Positions 50,205-63,354 of a stretch of DNA of 64,000 bases are shown one piece after another. The stretch is taken from the NCBI GenBank assembly GCA_964016885.1, contig OZ024741.1:43028001-43092000 (forward strand), read 5' to 3'. The notes beneath the pieces were generated by a model. It was not told the DNA's origin. It worked only from the letters and a program-made list of their open reading frames with translations, and ran no database searches. Made by a program: the position numbers and the translations under genes. Numbering within the stretch: position 1 is the first letter of the stretch; each line of letters begins with the position of its first letter. Origin of the DNA: Eledone cirrhosa. Taxonomy: Eukaryota.

Positions 50205-51278
50205 TCTTAGAATGGTAATGGTTTATTTTACTATATATATGTATATATAACGTTTTCTCTCATAACCCCACGGCACATCAAAATAAAAGTAAACAACAAT
50301 ACCAAACCCAAACGAATGAGGACCTCATACCTGAAATACAATAACTCTGCAGCAATAGAACAATTTTTATCACCGACCAACTCCAGTTGATCCGATGGTA
50401 TCCCCATTAGGATATATGACACAGTCTTAAATACATTTAATGATGCGGAACCTTCATAAAAGAAGGAGCTCTATTCAGATTCTTAGTTTGGTGCCTAAAC
50501 TTGCACCACCCACAAATACTTATCTTGTTGCCTAAACTGCAAGACACAAATTTCACTACCTATTAGGATCCAGTCCATGACACTTTCTGGCAGCGGCGAG
50601 ATGGTGAGTATCCAAACTTTTCGCATGTGCAGTCATTTCTGGCGCCACACCTGAATAATTGAGTTTCTATCTTCTATCCAAATTCATAGATGACAGACCC
50701 ACGATTTGTTAAGGAAACACCCGAGTAGATCTAGCCGGCAGCATCTGGCTTGTTCCACTAGTTCCTGCTCCTTACCTGTAAGGGTTGTGATGTTCTAGGA
50801 TCCAATGTTTACAGTTTGAGTACATCAGCAAGGATTTGAACACACTTTCAAATACTCATACTCATACACACACATGCGTATACCACACATACCCTCATTC
50901 TTACACACACGCACACACACATACACACAAACACACATACACATACATACACTAAAACATACAAACACATATAAATAAAAATAAATCGCTCGTATACAGG
51001 AAACTGACTGGCCTACCTGCTGATATGCAAATTTGGCTGAGGAGTGGGTCTTCTAATATGCAGATCTGACTGATCAGCCAGTCTGCTAATATAGAAATAA
51101 GGCCGATCAGTCACTGTATATTTTAGGAAATATCATATTTTCACTAGCACTGACAGCTGGCAGGTGAAAAGTGAACTGTACTAGATGAATCTATCATGCC
51201 ATGATAGATTCATCTATCTTTACATCAAATTTTTGACCAATTCTTTTGACAATTACTATCGTCCCATATAAGGAAATA

Positions 51279-51371
51279 CCCCTGAGAAGTTCGGCTATTT
51301 ATTTACCAGGCTAAAAATTCTTATTTAGTCCAGAAATAGCCGTCGAATCGGCTTGAGCTCTGCCGTCGGGG
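51279..51371 (+). ncRNA. Degenerate HHR-like motif
   Basis: ccc-CTGAGAA-gttcggctattt..aaatagccgtc-GAAT-cggc ttgagctct gccg-TC-gggg. The copy at 20269-20301 has an intact GAAAC. Confidence 0.45.
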
Positions 51372-52048
51372 TCATACTTGTTCCTATAAATATATATATA
51401 TTTATTAAAATAACAGATTAAAGTTTAAGCAAAGAATCGCTGCTTTGACCCTTAACGGGATCTTCTGAAACTAACAAAGTCAATCTGTAAACGCAGAAGT
51501 GGATATTTCAAAAAACGTTGCAACCGGAGCAAGACAGGAAGACAATAATTTGGTTCGTGGAAACGTTCCCTGGCAAAGAACGGGAAAAAACGAATATAAT
51601 ACGTCATTAATATTTGATATATATTTATCTTTGGATTTTAGTCTTCAAATTTATTATTATTACTATATATATATATATATATACGATTGAATATATAAGA
51701 GGGATGAACACCGATACAAGTATACATGTGTTCGAATGTAAATGACCAAGTTCGCTAGGTTGAAAAAATACTAATTTAAAACAATAAGGTTGGCCTGTCT
51801 CGATTTAAAGTAATAAATCAATAAAAATGACAAACCTATATCGGGCAACTGCTTTTGATACCCGGAGAGATCTAAATCTTTTTCGCAAGAATTATTAAGT
51901 GAAAGCCACCTTTCCTTTGCTCTTCTGCGGGTATCCAGGAAATTCGTACCTTCACTTCAAAAGATCTAAGAAGACTGAACTATCTGTTGATATAAAAGCA
52001 GATGCTGCAGCGCCTAGCGCGTCTCATACTCATGCCGTTAAAAATAGC

Positions 52049-52318
<270 letters not shown>

Positions 52319-53053
52319 CTTAGGAAGAATTCGATTCGTGTACTTTGTGTGTGACAATATGACAATATTATTTACTTTTAGTTACACATAGATGTACACA
52401 TATACAAAACATGAGATCCTAGCAATTAATTCATATAAAAAACACATCTCTGTGGTTTCTAAAACTGACAAAAAAACAGCAGTCGAATTTCTCCCTCAAC
52501 TCAAACCAAATACCTTACAAAAAGAAAAAGAAAAGGAAAAAACGCCGTTGGTATTGTCGTAGATGCGATAGTTCTGAATAATCACAGCTCAAAATAATTT
52601 CTTCTTAGGTATGGCTAATTAATTCTGGCGTAGCTTTTAACAACAACTAAGTCAACAACATTAACACCGACAGCCACAAAAGCACAATAACTAGACACAA
52701 ATATATAGAAAATAACATACATTTATGATTGATGAATCCGAAAATTATTCTTGAAAACATTACTTGTAACTTGGTTAAAGTTATGTAGTAACGAACATAA
52801 GGTGACTGGTTCTGTTTCCAGCCCGTGTTACGCATTGCACCCTTGAGCAAGGTAGATAAGTTCACATTGACATTCAGTACGAGTAGTATCTAAGGTTATC
52901 CGTCCCACAGACTGGCGATCGGATCAGGGCAAATTATGTCACCCCCATATTTAATGGGATAAAGTAGTTTTCGAACAATATATACAAGCATAGGAAAATG
53001 AATGTAAACAGATGACTCTATCATGTAATATTACTGAAACTTCAGAATATAGA

Positions 53054-53642
53054 TTTTAACTAGAAATTGATTGACATATATATATCTAAAATAAACATAT
53101 GAAACAATCACAGGGAATAATTTGTAAAAGTGTGTAAGCACACATAGCTATGTAGGGAACTAATTAAAGTTTAACTAAAACTTTAAAAATAGATACCTTA
53201 TAAATGGATTAATCTTCCTCGTATATATTTTATTAAAGAAATATATTTCACCATCAATCTTTCGATAAACCACAGTAGCCAAATACCGCATTTTCAACAA
53301 GGAAGAAGACTTAACTATCTGTGTTTACACAGCAAATCCAAATCTACGAACGGCCAGTAGCAAGTGTTGCACTTATCAAAAATACACACATCGCACCAGC
53401 TTCATCTCAGTGGCGTGAATAGGGTTATCGACAACTAGAAATAGCAGTCAAGTCCTTTCAACTAAGTTAGCTCAACAATTAAGGGGCCGTATATATAATA
53501 TTCAAAATTAAATTAAATTAATTTATCCATTTGTAAGGTATCTATTTTTAAAGTTCTAGTTAAACTTTAATTAGTTACCTATGTGTGCTTGCACACTTTT
53601 ACAAATTATTCCCTGTGATTGTTTCATATGTTTATTTGATAG

Positions 53643-53676
<34 letters not shown>

Positions 53677-53695
53677 CAATCAATTTCTAGTTGAA
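53054..53695. repeat. ~160-bp inverted repeats around a ~315-bp spacer (MITE-like or inverted-terminus module)
   Basis: aaataaacatatgaaacaatcacagggaataatttgtaaaagtgtg..aaaaatagatacctta.aaatggat (53054-53209) is mirrored at 53525-53695. Confidence 0.8.
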
Positions 53696-54282
53696 ATAAA
53701 ATGCTCGGATCTATTCATCGGAATCTTGGAGCATATTCTACAGTGAATATAGATTTTATAGATTTTAGTGGAAAATCGATTTTCCAAATCATTCGGAGGA
53801 ATCGCAAAGCACCTTGGTATTGTTAAAGTCAGATTATTGATCCGCAATTAGAAAGGCGGCTCAAATACTAAACTGATATAATTCAAAATGACACATATAT
53901 AGACGTACACAAGCTTATATACATACAAGCATAGCTGTATATAATAAAGGGAAATGAAGTGAACAAAAAACAAGTGAACTTTTGATACATGTGATTGAGA
54001 GATTGCAAGACACACACACACATACGTGTATATATATATATTTTTGCAAGGTTTTCGATATGAAATTTTGTGTCCAAATAAATATTGTTATACTTTGATA
54101 GACTATATATATATATATATTTGTATCTGTATTTTTTAACCGTTGGTCAATCAATAATAAACATTGATTGCCAAATAAATTAACTGTGGAGATATAAAAG
54201 GTACAGAAACGAAAACCAACCCAAACCAAACAGTGAGTGTGTTCTGTTATTATTTCTGGCAATATTGCTGGTGTTGTTACAG

Positions 54283-54521
54283 CTCACACCTATGCAGGTT
54301 TAGCTGGCCTCCTCCAAGGTATATCTCGTTGGATGTGTCTTGGGTGATTTAATGATAGGGACCCCAGTCCTATCATCTCATTTCTACAGCTGTGTAAACT
54401 GGAGCAGCGTGAAATAAAGTGTCTTGCTCAAGGAAACAACACATCACCCGGTCCGAGAATTGAACTCACAACCTTTCGATTGCAAGCCCAATGCTCTAGC
54501 CACTAAGCCAGGCGCCTTCAC
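54283..54521 (-). mobile_element. tRNA-derived SINE, best-preserved copy of the second family
   Basis: The minus strand begins gtgaaggcgcctggcttagtggctagagc (A-box), then gagttcaattctc (B-box), then tgttgtttccttgagcaagacactttatttcacgctgctccagt. Confidence 0.8.
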
Positions 54522-54704
54522 AATATTATAGCAATATGACTCTCCCCAAGTATAACAATATGTATATATATAAGGGCATTCACTCTAACATAGCTTTGTA
54601 TATGAAATACGTTTAAAAATAAATATTTTGAAACCCTTCCGTTATGAATTTGAAAACTGACAGCATAGCGCCATATATCTGTCTATCTATCTATCTATCT
54701 AGAA

Positions 54705-54980
54705 GACCGGATAAATCCAACATATCCAACCAAACAAAGTTTGCCGCCTATGTCTGGGACCTCAAGAGGAACTCCACCCCTTCACCCTCAAATGGACATT
54801 ACTCCAGAGAGCGCGCTCATACATAGGAGGACACAAGACTTTTGTATTTCGGAGAGCTATGAAATACTATTTGCCAAGCGCCCGACACTGAACAACCTCT
54901 TTGAACACGGCCCGAACTGCATGCACAAAAACTATACAACGTATAAATCCTACAAACCAGTTATACCCCCAGAAGGATAG
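54705..54980 (+). mobile_element. Short PLE C-terminal fragment
   Basis: NQTKFAAYVWDLKRN..FTLKWTLL..A.SY / FCISESYEILF..LNN..CMHK..YKP matches the C-terminus of the 29385 and 32679 proteins. Confidence 0.65.
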
Positions 54981-55536
54981 TTTAAAAAAACATCTCACTC
55001 GACATGATATCCACTCCATCTCCATCCCATCCCACCCCTACCCTCAACCTACGCCCTCTTTCGGTCCGCCTCACAGTATTTAGGTTTTGTAAGTACTCTT
55101 TTCCTACTTGCTTTTTCTACTTGTATAATCGTATTTGTATGTATGAAAATGTGTTTGTATGCTTGTATGTACGTACATGTAAGTATGCTTTTGCGTGTGT
55201 GCATATATATATATAACCAAAGATTGATATGGTTCGTTGATTACTCAATGAATACAATTTTACAATAGATTAAAAGCACTCAACAAGAAAAGTTTTCCTG
55301 GAGTTTTTAATATTATTCAAAATATTAACAAATGAAAGATATTCACATAATCATAATATATGCTTTATTATATATATTTCAAAGTACTGTGTTGTTCTTT
55401 CAGTACGTCTTCATCAGATAAAATATAGGATTTGATATATGACATACCGCTACGGTCTTGATTATACAATGACAGTACTGCCAATACTGGAATTGTAAAA
55501 TCAAGACCGTAGCGGAATGTCATATATCAAATCATA

Positions 55537-55602
55537 TATTTTATCTGATGAAGACGTACTGAAGAAACAACACAGTACCTTTGAAATATATATAATAAAG
55601 CA
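55537..55602 (+). ncRNA. Type I HHR motif (inverted partner at 55361-55425 minus)
   Basis: tattttat-CTGATGA-agacgtactg aagaaacaaca cagtaccttt-GAAA-tatata-TA-ataaagca. Confidence 0.7.
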
Positions 55603-56161
55603 AATAAAATATAGAATTATTAACTCATATAGGTACCCTGCAAGTAAAACAAGCCCAAAGTATAAATACCGAGCATTATATAGTAATATATATGTATAAA
55701 TAAACACAGTAAATCTCGTGTCTAAAATTACGAGGGTATAAGATACCACTAATGTTTTATATATTTAATCTTAACCATACAGTATGATATATTAATTTTA
55801 TACTGATCGTATCAAAAACATTTCATCTCTCGGACAGATTTTAGACTCAATCTGTTTCGCGCTGAAAAAATTGTGTTTGTAACAGATAATCTGTAGGCTA
55901 TCATCAGCGAGGGTTAGATCAAATGAAAGAAAACACCTCTACCAGCAATTTGAGGACCAATGATATGTCCCTCGTGGTCTGCACGCTTTACGTGGTATGA
56001 GTAGTCATGCTAGAAATAATAGCCTTATCCCACTCAGTTTATAAGCTCACCCATTCAAGGAGCCGAAATACAAATAAAATATAGAGTTATTAACTCATAT
56101 AGGTATCCTGCAATTAAAACAAGCTCAAAGTATAAATACCGACCATATATAGTAATATATA

Positions 56162-56268
56162 ATATCCCACCGAGGTTAACTTTGCCTTTCATCCCTACGG
56201 GGTGGATAAAATATAGTACCAGTAATGTACTGGATAATTGCTGGCCTTGTGCCAATAGTAGAAACAAT
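56162..56268 (+). mobile_element. 5'-truncated SINE with a 16-bp TSD; empty paralogous site at ~55677-55692
   Basis: tatatagtaatatata at 56146-56161 and 56269-56284 flanks cccaccgaggttaactttgcctttcatcc..ggccttgtgccaatagtagaaacaat. Confidence 0.85.
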
Positions 56269-56642
56269 TATATAGTAATATATATGTATAAATAAACACA
56301 GTAAATCTAGTGTCTAAAATTACGAGGGTATATGATACCACTAATGTTTTAAAAATGTAATCTTAACCATACAGTATGATATATTAATTTTATACTGATC
56401 GTATCAAAAAACATTTCATCTCTCGGACAGATTTTACACTCAATCTGTTTCGCCCTGAAAAAATTGTACTGTATGCTTAAGATTAAATTTTTAAAACATT
56501 AGTGGTATCTTATACCCTCGTAATTTTAGACACTAGATTTACTGTGTTTATTTATAAATATATATTACTATAATAAAGCATATATTTTGATTATGTGAAT
56601 ATCTTTCATTTGTTAATATTTTGAATAACATATATATATACA

Positions 56643-59600
56643 ATATATTAATAAAAGGAAACTATATTTATGAAACCATATTTATTTCATTATACATATT
56701 TCAAGGACACCAAAGCAAATTATGGTGCACTTTCATCAGACAAAATATAATATAGATCAGTGTTATAAACAAATATTGACATACCCTTAAAAGAATGCGA
56801 CCATGTCTGTTGGAAGCTCCCGGATAGTCAAAAATTTGCTTAGTGCTTTATATCAGCGTGTAGGGGTGGTGGCGGGTGGAGTGGGGGGTGAGACGGGGTG
56901 TCTGAGCGGGGAGGGCTGAAGGTGGTGTGTGTGTGTAGGTGTACGTGTATGTGTGTGTGTGTATGTGAAAGTAAGAGTTGGGGGAAGAACGGGGTGGCAT
57001 GTTCAGGAAGAGGTGTGTTTGGGGTGGGGTGTACGTCGGAGTGTGTGTGCGTGTGTGGATAGAGGGGTGGGGGGAGAGGATTCCGGAGGCTGAATGTGTA
57101 AATATATGGTGGTGCGCACGTGTGTGTGGTGTTTATGCGTGTTGTGGATGTAGGTGCTGTGTGAGGAAAACATTTTTTGGGGGTGTATGTCCGTGGGTAA
57201 GTCCTTAAGGTAATTCCGTAGACGATGTGGTGGAATGCTGAGTAATATCCTTGGGATGTGGTAGATTCTAGGGATCGAGGTTCACATATGTGTAATCCAT
57301 GAAGAGATTGGTCGGCAGAGAGGAGATGTGGGGTGCGCGCGCAATAGGAAGTGGTCAGAGGGTCAAGGCAGGAGGAGGGTTGTGTGTCTGTGTGTGCGGG
57401 GAGGTGGTCAGAGAGGCATAGCAGCAGTAGGGTAGAATGGTAAGTGAAGAAAGTCGGTGTGTCAGTGTGTGCGGAGGTGCGGTGGAGAGGGGAGAGGATG
57501 GGTAGGTGTGAAAGTTGGAGTGATGAGGGGGGGGTGTATTAGTAGAGGTGTTAGTGGGATGTGTGTGTGTTTGAGAAAGGGTGTTGGTGGAGCGGGGAGA
57601 GAAGGGTGTGGGGCCGATGGAGGGAGTGTAGTGTACTGCTGTGTGTGTGCGTTTTTGGATGAGTCTGTGTGTGGTGAAGGGGGTGTTAGTGGGTGTTAGT
57701 ATACTGGAGGTGGAGAAAGGGTTGAATGCGGGTGTGAGTGGGGGTCAGTGGTGGTAGGGTGTGTAGAGTGGGTGGTGTAAGAGGGTGTGTGTGTTCGTGT
57801 GCTTGGGGTCGGGGGTGTTAGTGATGTTAGTTGCGGGGTGGTGGGGTGGATGTGTGGGGGTGAGGGTTAGTGGTGGTAGTAAGGTGTGTGTTTAGTGTGA
57901 GCGCGTGTATATATGTACCGGTGGGTGTGTGCGTGTGATAAGGAGGGGGGGAGAAGAAGGGAGGGATGTTATTATGTTAATTCGGGAAGGGTGGTCGGGT
58001 GTGGGGTGGAGGTGTAGAGTATTGTTAGATGTGGGGTGGGCGGTGAAAAGGAGGGGTGTGTTAGTGGTGTTAGTGGGGGATATGTGTGGGGGAGGGGGCG
58101 GTCGAAGGCTAAAGGGATAAGGGTAGGGAGTTCAGGCCGGGGGGAGTGTGGGTCTGTAGGGTGAAGATGGTTCGTTGTTTGACACTGAGGAGAGTGGTGG
58201 GTGTTCCGTGGCATTGGAGTAGGCCACAGACTGTGAGGTGGTGTGCGGAATTTCCAGAGGCACCAAAGTGGCGGGCGATGGGGGAACTACCACCGAGACG
58301 AATATCTCGGAGGTGTTCAGTAAACCTTTCCGCCAGGTGACGTCCAGTCTGTCCGACGGAAGTCGCGTTGCACTCTGTGCAGCGATGTCCGTAGACTGGG
58401 TTGGAGGAGGTGCAGCGGAAGGCATGCCGGACAGAGAGAGAGTGGCCGTTGGAACCCCGGAAGGTGGTGGTGTTGGTGATGTGGGGACAGGTGTTGCAGC
58501 GGGGCCTGGAACAGGGAAGGAACCGGGGGGGGAGGGCGTGGGTTGGGGGGTAGGGAGCTGTGGACGAGGAGGGTGCGGAGATTGCGTGCGCGTTTGAAGG
58601 AGGGGAGTGGTGGGGCTGGGAAGATGTGGGAGGTGGAGGGGTCGGACTGGAGGCGTCGGAAAAGACGGAGGATGGTGCGGTGGAGGCATATGGTGGAGGG
58701 GTGGTAGGTGATGGGGAAGAGGAGACGGTGGGTGGGTGTGCGGTGGCGTGGGGTGAGGGTGGTGGAGCGGTGGACAGCACGGGCGCGGGTGAGAGCGGTG
58801 TGGACGAGAGGGCGCGGGTAACCTCTGCGGATGAAATGGCTGACTAGGGAAAGGGCCTGGGACTCAAAGTCAGCATCTCGGCTACAGAGGCGGCGGATCC
58901 TGAGGAGTTGGGAGTAGGGAATAGAGTGTTTAGTGTGTGTGGGTGTGGGTGTGGGGGGGTTGGAAGAGGTGAAGTCAAGGTAGGAGTGGGAGTCGGTGGG
59001 TTTGAAGAAGGCGGAGGTGACGAGGAAGTGGTGGGAGGGGTCGAAGGCGACGGAGATGTCTAAGAAGTGGACGTGGGTGGTGGAGATAGAGGTGGTGAAG
59101 TGGAGGGAGGGGTGGAAGTAGCAGAATAAGGAGAGAAAGGAGTCGAGCTGATGTATGTATGCATGTGTGTGTGGGTGGGATTGTCAACAGCTGACCATTT
59201 GCAGACTTCACCATCCTTTAACAGACCATGTTAATACAGCTACTTAATTAAAACCCTTTGTTTGCTTAGAATAAATGAACATTGAAAATTACTTTTCTCT
59301 AAATATAGTCTTCTCAAAGAATCCCCATTCTTTAAATCCATCATCCAATCACCTCCACCAATCCCAATCAACACCTTCCCCTACTAAGAGAAAATATAAA
59401 TACCACAATATCACAATGAAAGTCCGCTTTCCTGATGATTCCCTTCGAATGAAAGAGTTCTAGTTCTGTAGAAGTCCATTCTCTATAAAATATGATATGT
59501 ATATAAATATAATAATAAATATTTGCTTTACGGGTTTATATATATATATATGGTCGCATTCTTTAAGGGTATGTCAATATTTATTTATAAAATGGATCTA

Positions 59601-59710
59601 TATTATATTTTATCTTATGAAAGCACACCATAATTTAACTTGGTGTCCTTGAAATATGTATAATGAAATAAATATGGTTTTATAAATATAGTTTCCATTT
59701 GTTAATATAT
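56643..59710 (-). mobile_element. Truncated Neptune-like PLE with C-rich sense strand and inverted 3'-end copy
   Basis: Minus strand reads HFLDISV..FFKPTDSHSYLDFTSS, KHSIPYSQLLRIRRLCS, PCSRPRCNTCP..FRCTSSNPVYGHRCTEC..VGQTGRHLAERFTEHLRDI..PIARHF..TPPGLN. 56643-56804 is inverted at 59550-59710. Confidence 0.85.
56683..56747 (-). ncRNA. Type I HHR motif (partner at 59606-59670 plus has core CTTATGA)
   Basis: Minus strand reads tattttgt-CTGATGA-aagtgcacca taatttgctt tggtgtcctt-GAAA-tatgta-TA-atgaaata. Confidence 0.68.
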
Positions 59711-59799
59711 CGTATTTTTACTCCAACAATTTGTTGAATGATTTATATCAGTTATAAAAATATTTGCTTGTTGTATCCCAACAATTTAAATAGAACTTC

Positions 59800-59876
<77 letters not shown>

Positions 59877-60276
59877 TTGTGTATAATGGTAGCTATGGTG
59901 CTTCCATAGGGGTTATGCCAAAATTAGCACTCGACATTCAGCAGAGTAGAGTGTAGATAGTATAAAGAAAACGAAAAGTCAGTGATGCATCTGGACTTAA
60001 CTTATTGCTTCGCCGGCAGGTAGCTCGAGACATGGTCCCTGTATGGATCTGGCTGACTCTATGCCTGCAGGTTCTTTCAGACACGGGTATTTCGTTCGGA
60101 GCAAATTTTATCACTGGGGTGTTATCATAAAAAAACACCCTAAAAAAACCCTCTTCCACTCCTGTCATGCCATTGGGTGTTTTTACTCCACGTCATCACA
60201 AGTTCTGGTCAGTATTTTCTGCCAGACATATATATATGTGTACTGCTTACGGACGCTGTAAGCATTCTACGCCAAT

Positions 60277-60383
<107 letters not shown>

Positions 60384-60392
60384 TTTTTTTTT

Positions 60393-60968
60393 CTAGGGCC
60401 GGTAAAATTCCCGAGATCCATGGACGAGTTCTCTCCAGCGGTCTCTGTCTCTCATTATTGCTGCCATGTCCTGCGTCTCCAACATACCAGTGTCTGTCCT
60501 TAGGGCATCAACATACGTTAACCTTGGTCTTCCGCTTCCAGTGTGTCCATGTAGGGGCTCCCACAGGAGCAATGAGTGCAATTGTGAACTCTGGATGTCG
60601 GTGAGCATGATCAGCTAACCTCAGTCTCCTCTGTGACTTTTGGAGGCTCCCATACAGCTCTGAGTTGTTCATCCTTTGTGTATACTGATTAATCTTCAGA
60701 GCTGTATGGGAGCCTCCCAAAAGTCAACAGAGGAGACTGAGGTTAGCTGGACATGCTCACCGACATCCAGAGTTCACATTGCACTCATTGCTCCCTGTGG
60801 GAGCCCCCTACATGGACACACTGGAAGCGGAAGACCAAGGTTAAGTATGTTGATGCCCCTAAGGACAGACACTGGTATGTTGGAGACGCAGGACATGGCA
60901 GCAATAATGAGAGACAGAGACCGCTGGAGAGAACTCGTCCATGGATCTCGGACTTTTACCGGCCCTAG
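60393..60968. mobile_element. Two head-to-head 3' ends of an RTE-like LINE forming a fold-back
   Basis: Encodes RRLRLA.H..RHPE..SLLLWEPLHG..GRPRLTYVDAL..DTG..MRDRDRWRELV. 60393-60663 is mirrored at 60696-60968, and the A-tail plus (TA)/(CA) tracts are also mirrored. Confidence 0.85.
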
Positions 60969-61006
60969 AAAAAAAAAATATCTATATATACACACACACA
61001 CACCCA

Positions 61007-61089
<83 letters not shown>

Positions 61090-61699
61090 ACATATACGTG
61101 TATGTGTGTCTATGGATCTGTGTGTCTGTGTGATAAAAATAAAAATAAAAATAAGTGGTGCTATCTGTCACAGTTGGGCGGTGTGCTGTCAACATATAGT
61201 TACATACAAGCATACACATGGATAAGAGAACAGATAAGAGTAGACACATGGATAAGAGAACAGACAAGAGTAGATAAGATAATGGGATTAGGTAAGAGTA
61301 GGTAAAAAATAGGTAAAAAATAGGTAAAAAACAGACTTATAATATATATAAAAAGAAATACAAAGAAATACATAACAAACTTACATATAAAATATAAAAT
61401 ATAGGGTAAGGAATGAGATAAAATAATATACAATTAAAAATTAAAAATTATATACATAGAACATAATATAGTATAATCGTAAAATAAGATAAAATAAGGT
61501 AAACTAAAATCAAATAACATAGACTAAATTAAAATTAAAATCAAATGTGTAATTATAATTATATGTATAATTAAATGTAATTAAATGTAATTAAATAAAT
61601 AAAGAAATAAATAAATAAATAAAAATTAAATAAATAAATAAATAAATAAAATTAAAATTTAAATTTTAAAATTTTAAAATTAAAATCTAAATTTAAATA

Positions 61700-61754
<55 letters not shown>

Positions 61755-61870
61755 ATGGAGTCAAGTAAGTAAATAAATAAAATTAGATAACATGAAATGA
61801 AATAAAATAAAATGAAATAAAGTAAATTGAGATAAGATATATATTTTTTTAGAATATATCTCTTAAATAT

Positions 61871-62227
61871 ATCAGGGGCCCACGAAGGCACTAAATGTCA
61901 CAGTTATGTGTATCACTTGACCAATTTTTCAAAACATACTTCTTGAAAACATCAGGGGCCCACGAAGGCACTAAGTGTCACAGTCACCAGTATCACTTGA
62001 CCATTGCAAGGCAATGGAGGCGTCCCAGGTTGGGCAGTCTCGAAAGTTCACTCGAAAGTCATGGGTGTGCATTCACACAGTTGAGCGGTGGGGTAATCAC
62101 AAACCGGTTCACACACCAATTTTAAAAAAAAAACACATTTCTTGAAAACATCAGGGGCCCACGAAGGCGCTAAGTGTCACAGTCACCAGTATCACTCGAG
62201 CGGTGGGGGTAATCACAAACCGGTTCA
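61871..62227. repeat. Irregular tandem repeat (three copies of a ~50-bp unit, two of a ~30-bp unit)
   Basis: atcaggggcccacgaaggc.ctaa.tgtcacagt at 61871, 61951 and 62150; gagcggtgggggtaatcacaaaccggttca at 62083 and 62198. Confidence 0.8.
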
Positions 62228-63354
62228 ACACGGGCAGGAGTCAAATGGTCAGAAAGGTGCATCAAAGGAGGTAGAAGAATTCACATGCATTAGCATTAGC
62301 AAGCGTGATGTTAAATCAAGCAGATACAGTTGTAGCGCATACAAAATATAAAAGCCATTAAGTCACCGCATTGGGACATCACAAGATTGTACACATCAAT
62401 ATGTTCAGTACGTATATGCACGTATACACACCACATGCACATGCAGAGACGGTATACATATATATATATATATTTTTTTTTATATATACACACAGACACA
62501 TATAACCACCTACACCCATACACATATAAATGTATACACAGGCACACACGCACACACACACAGCGTAGGACACCCGGGTCCAAGCCGATATTAAATACGA
62601 TATTAAATACAATATTAAATATTAAACACCGAAATACCACATTAGATCAGACCCACCACCACAGGTAATATATTCAAAACAAATACATACGATGAGATGT
62701 ATTAAAATAAAGTTGAAATCCTACGGAGATATTCATGTCTGCACGTGCCATTGACCGATTCGAGTGTACACAGACCGTTAGTAACTACGGAGGGCCATCG
62801 GGGCCAAAACGTTACTTTCGGGATCATAAAAACGACCGTCAATATAAGGAAGGCCGATCGTGCTAGAAAGACTACAACCCCGGGTAAGAGTTCCCAGAGG
62901 TCAGCCTGTAGATCTTGGACCACAGAATATGAGGGTAACACATATATGCGCCACGTATCCACTGCTTACGGCAGGATGGCTCGGGTCCGCCACAGTTACA
63001 GGCTAAATTTCTACTAGTGCAGCCTAAATCACAGTACACGCTTTACATAAATACATTACATCACAACTCATGCGCATACAGAGGTACAGATCAACAAGAT
63101 ATACGTCAGGATAGGTCCACCAATGCACTAATGGTGGGTAGGCCAGCGTGGATGGGTTACATCCACTGTACCAAACAGGGGTGCTTATTAACATACACTC
63201 CCCTGCACACCCCAATATCAAGATCAATATCCTCCCACAGGCATACGTATACATTCACAGACTCGTATACATAGACGACCAACATTAGGAGACAGTTACA
63301 CTCAGTCAGAGAGAGTTACACAAGACAGCCCAACTGGAGGAATAAGGACGTGCT

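Larger units (their letters stand above)
55314..56628. repeat. Rearranged non-coding module: inverted HHR pair plus tandem and inverted duplications
   Basis: 55361-55461 is inverted at 55501-55602. 55600-55872 is duplicated at 56070-56467. 56468-56570 inverts 55680-55785, and 56571-56628 inverts 55314-55371. Confidence 0.85.

Noticed and set aside
50588-50610. tggcagcggcgag as an LTR-retrotransposon primer-binding site
   Set aside because: No LTR pair or gag/pol remnant is visible.
54440-54521. tRNA gene
   Set aside because: The tRNA-like A/B boxes are a SINE head followed by SINE body; there is no complete cloverleaf.
61871-62227. CRISPR-like array
   Set aside because: Eukaryotic context, irregular spacing, repeats not of constant length, and no cas genes.
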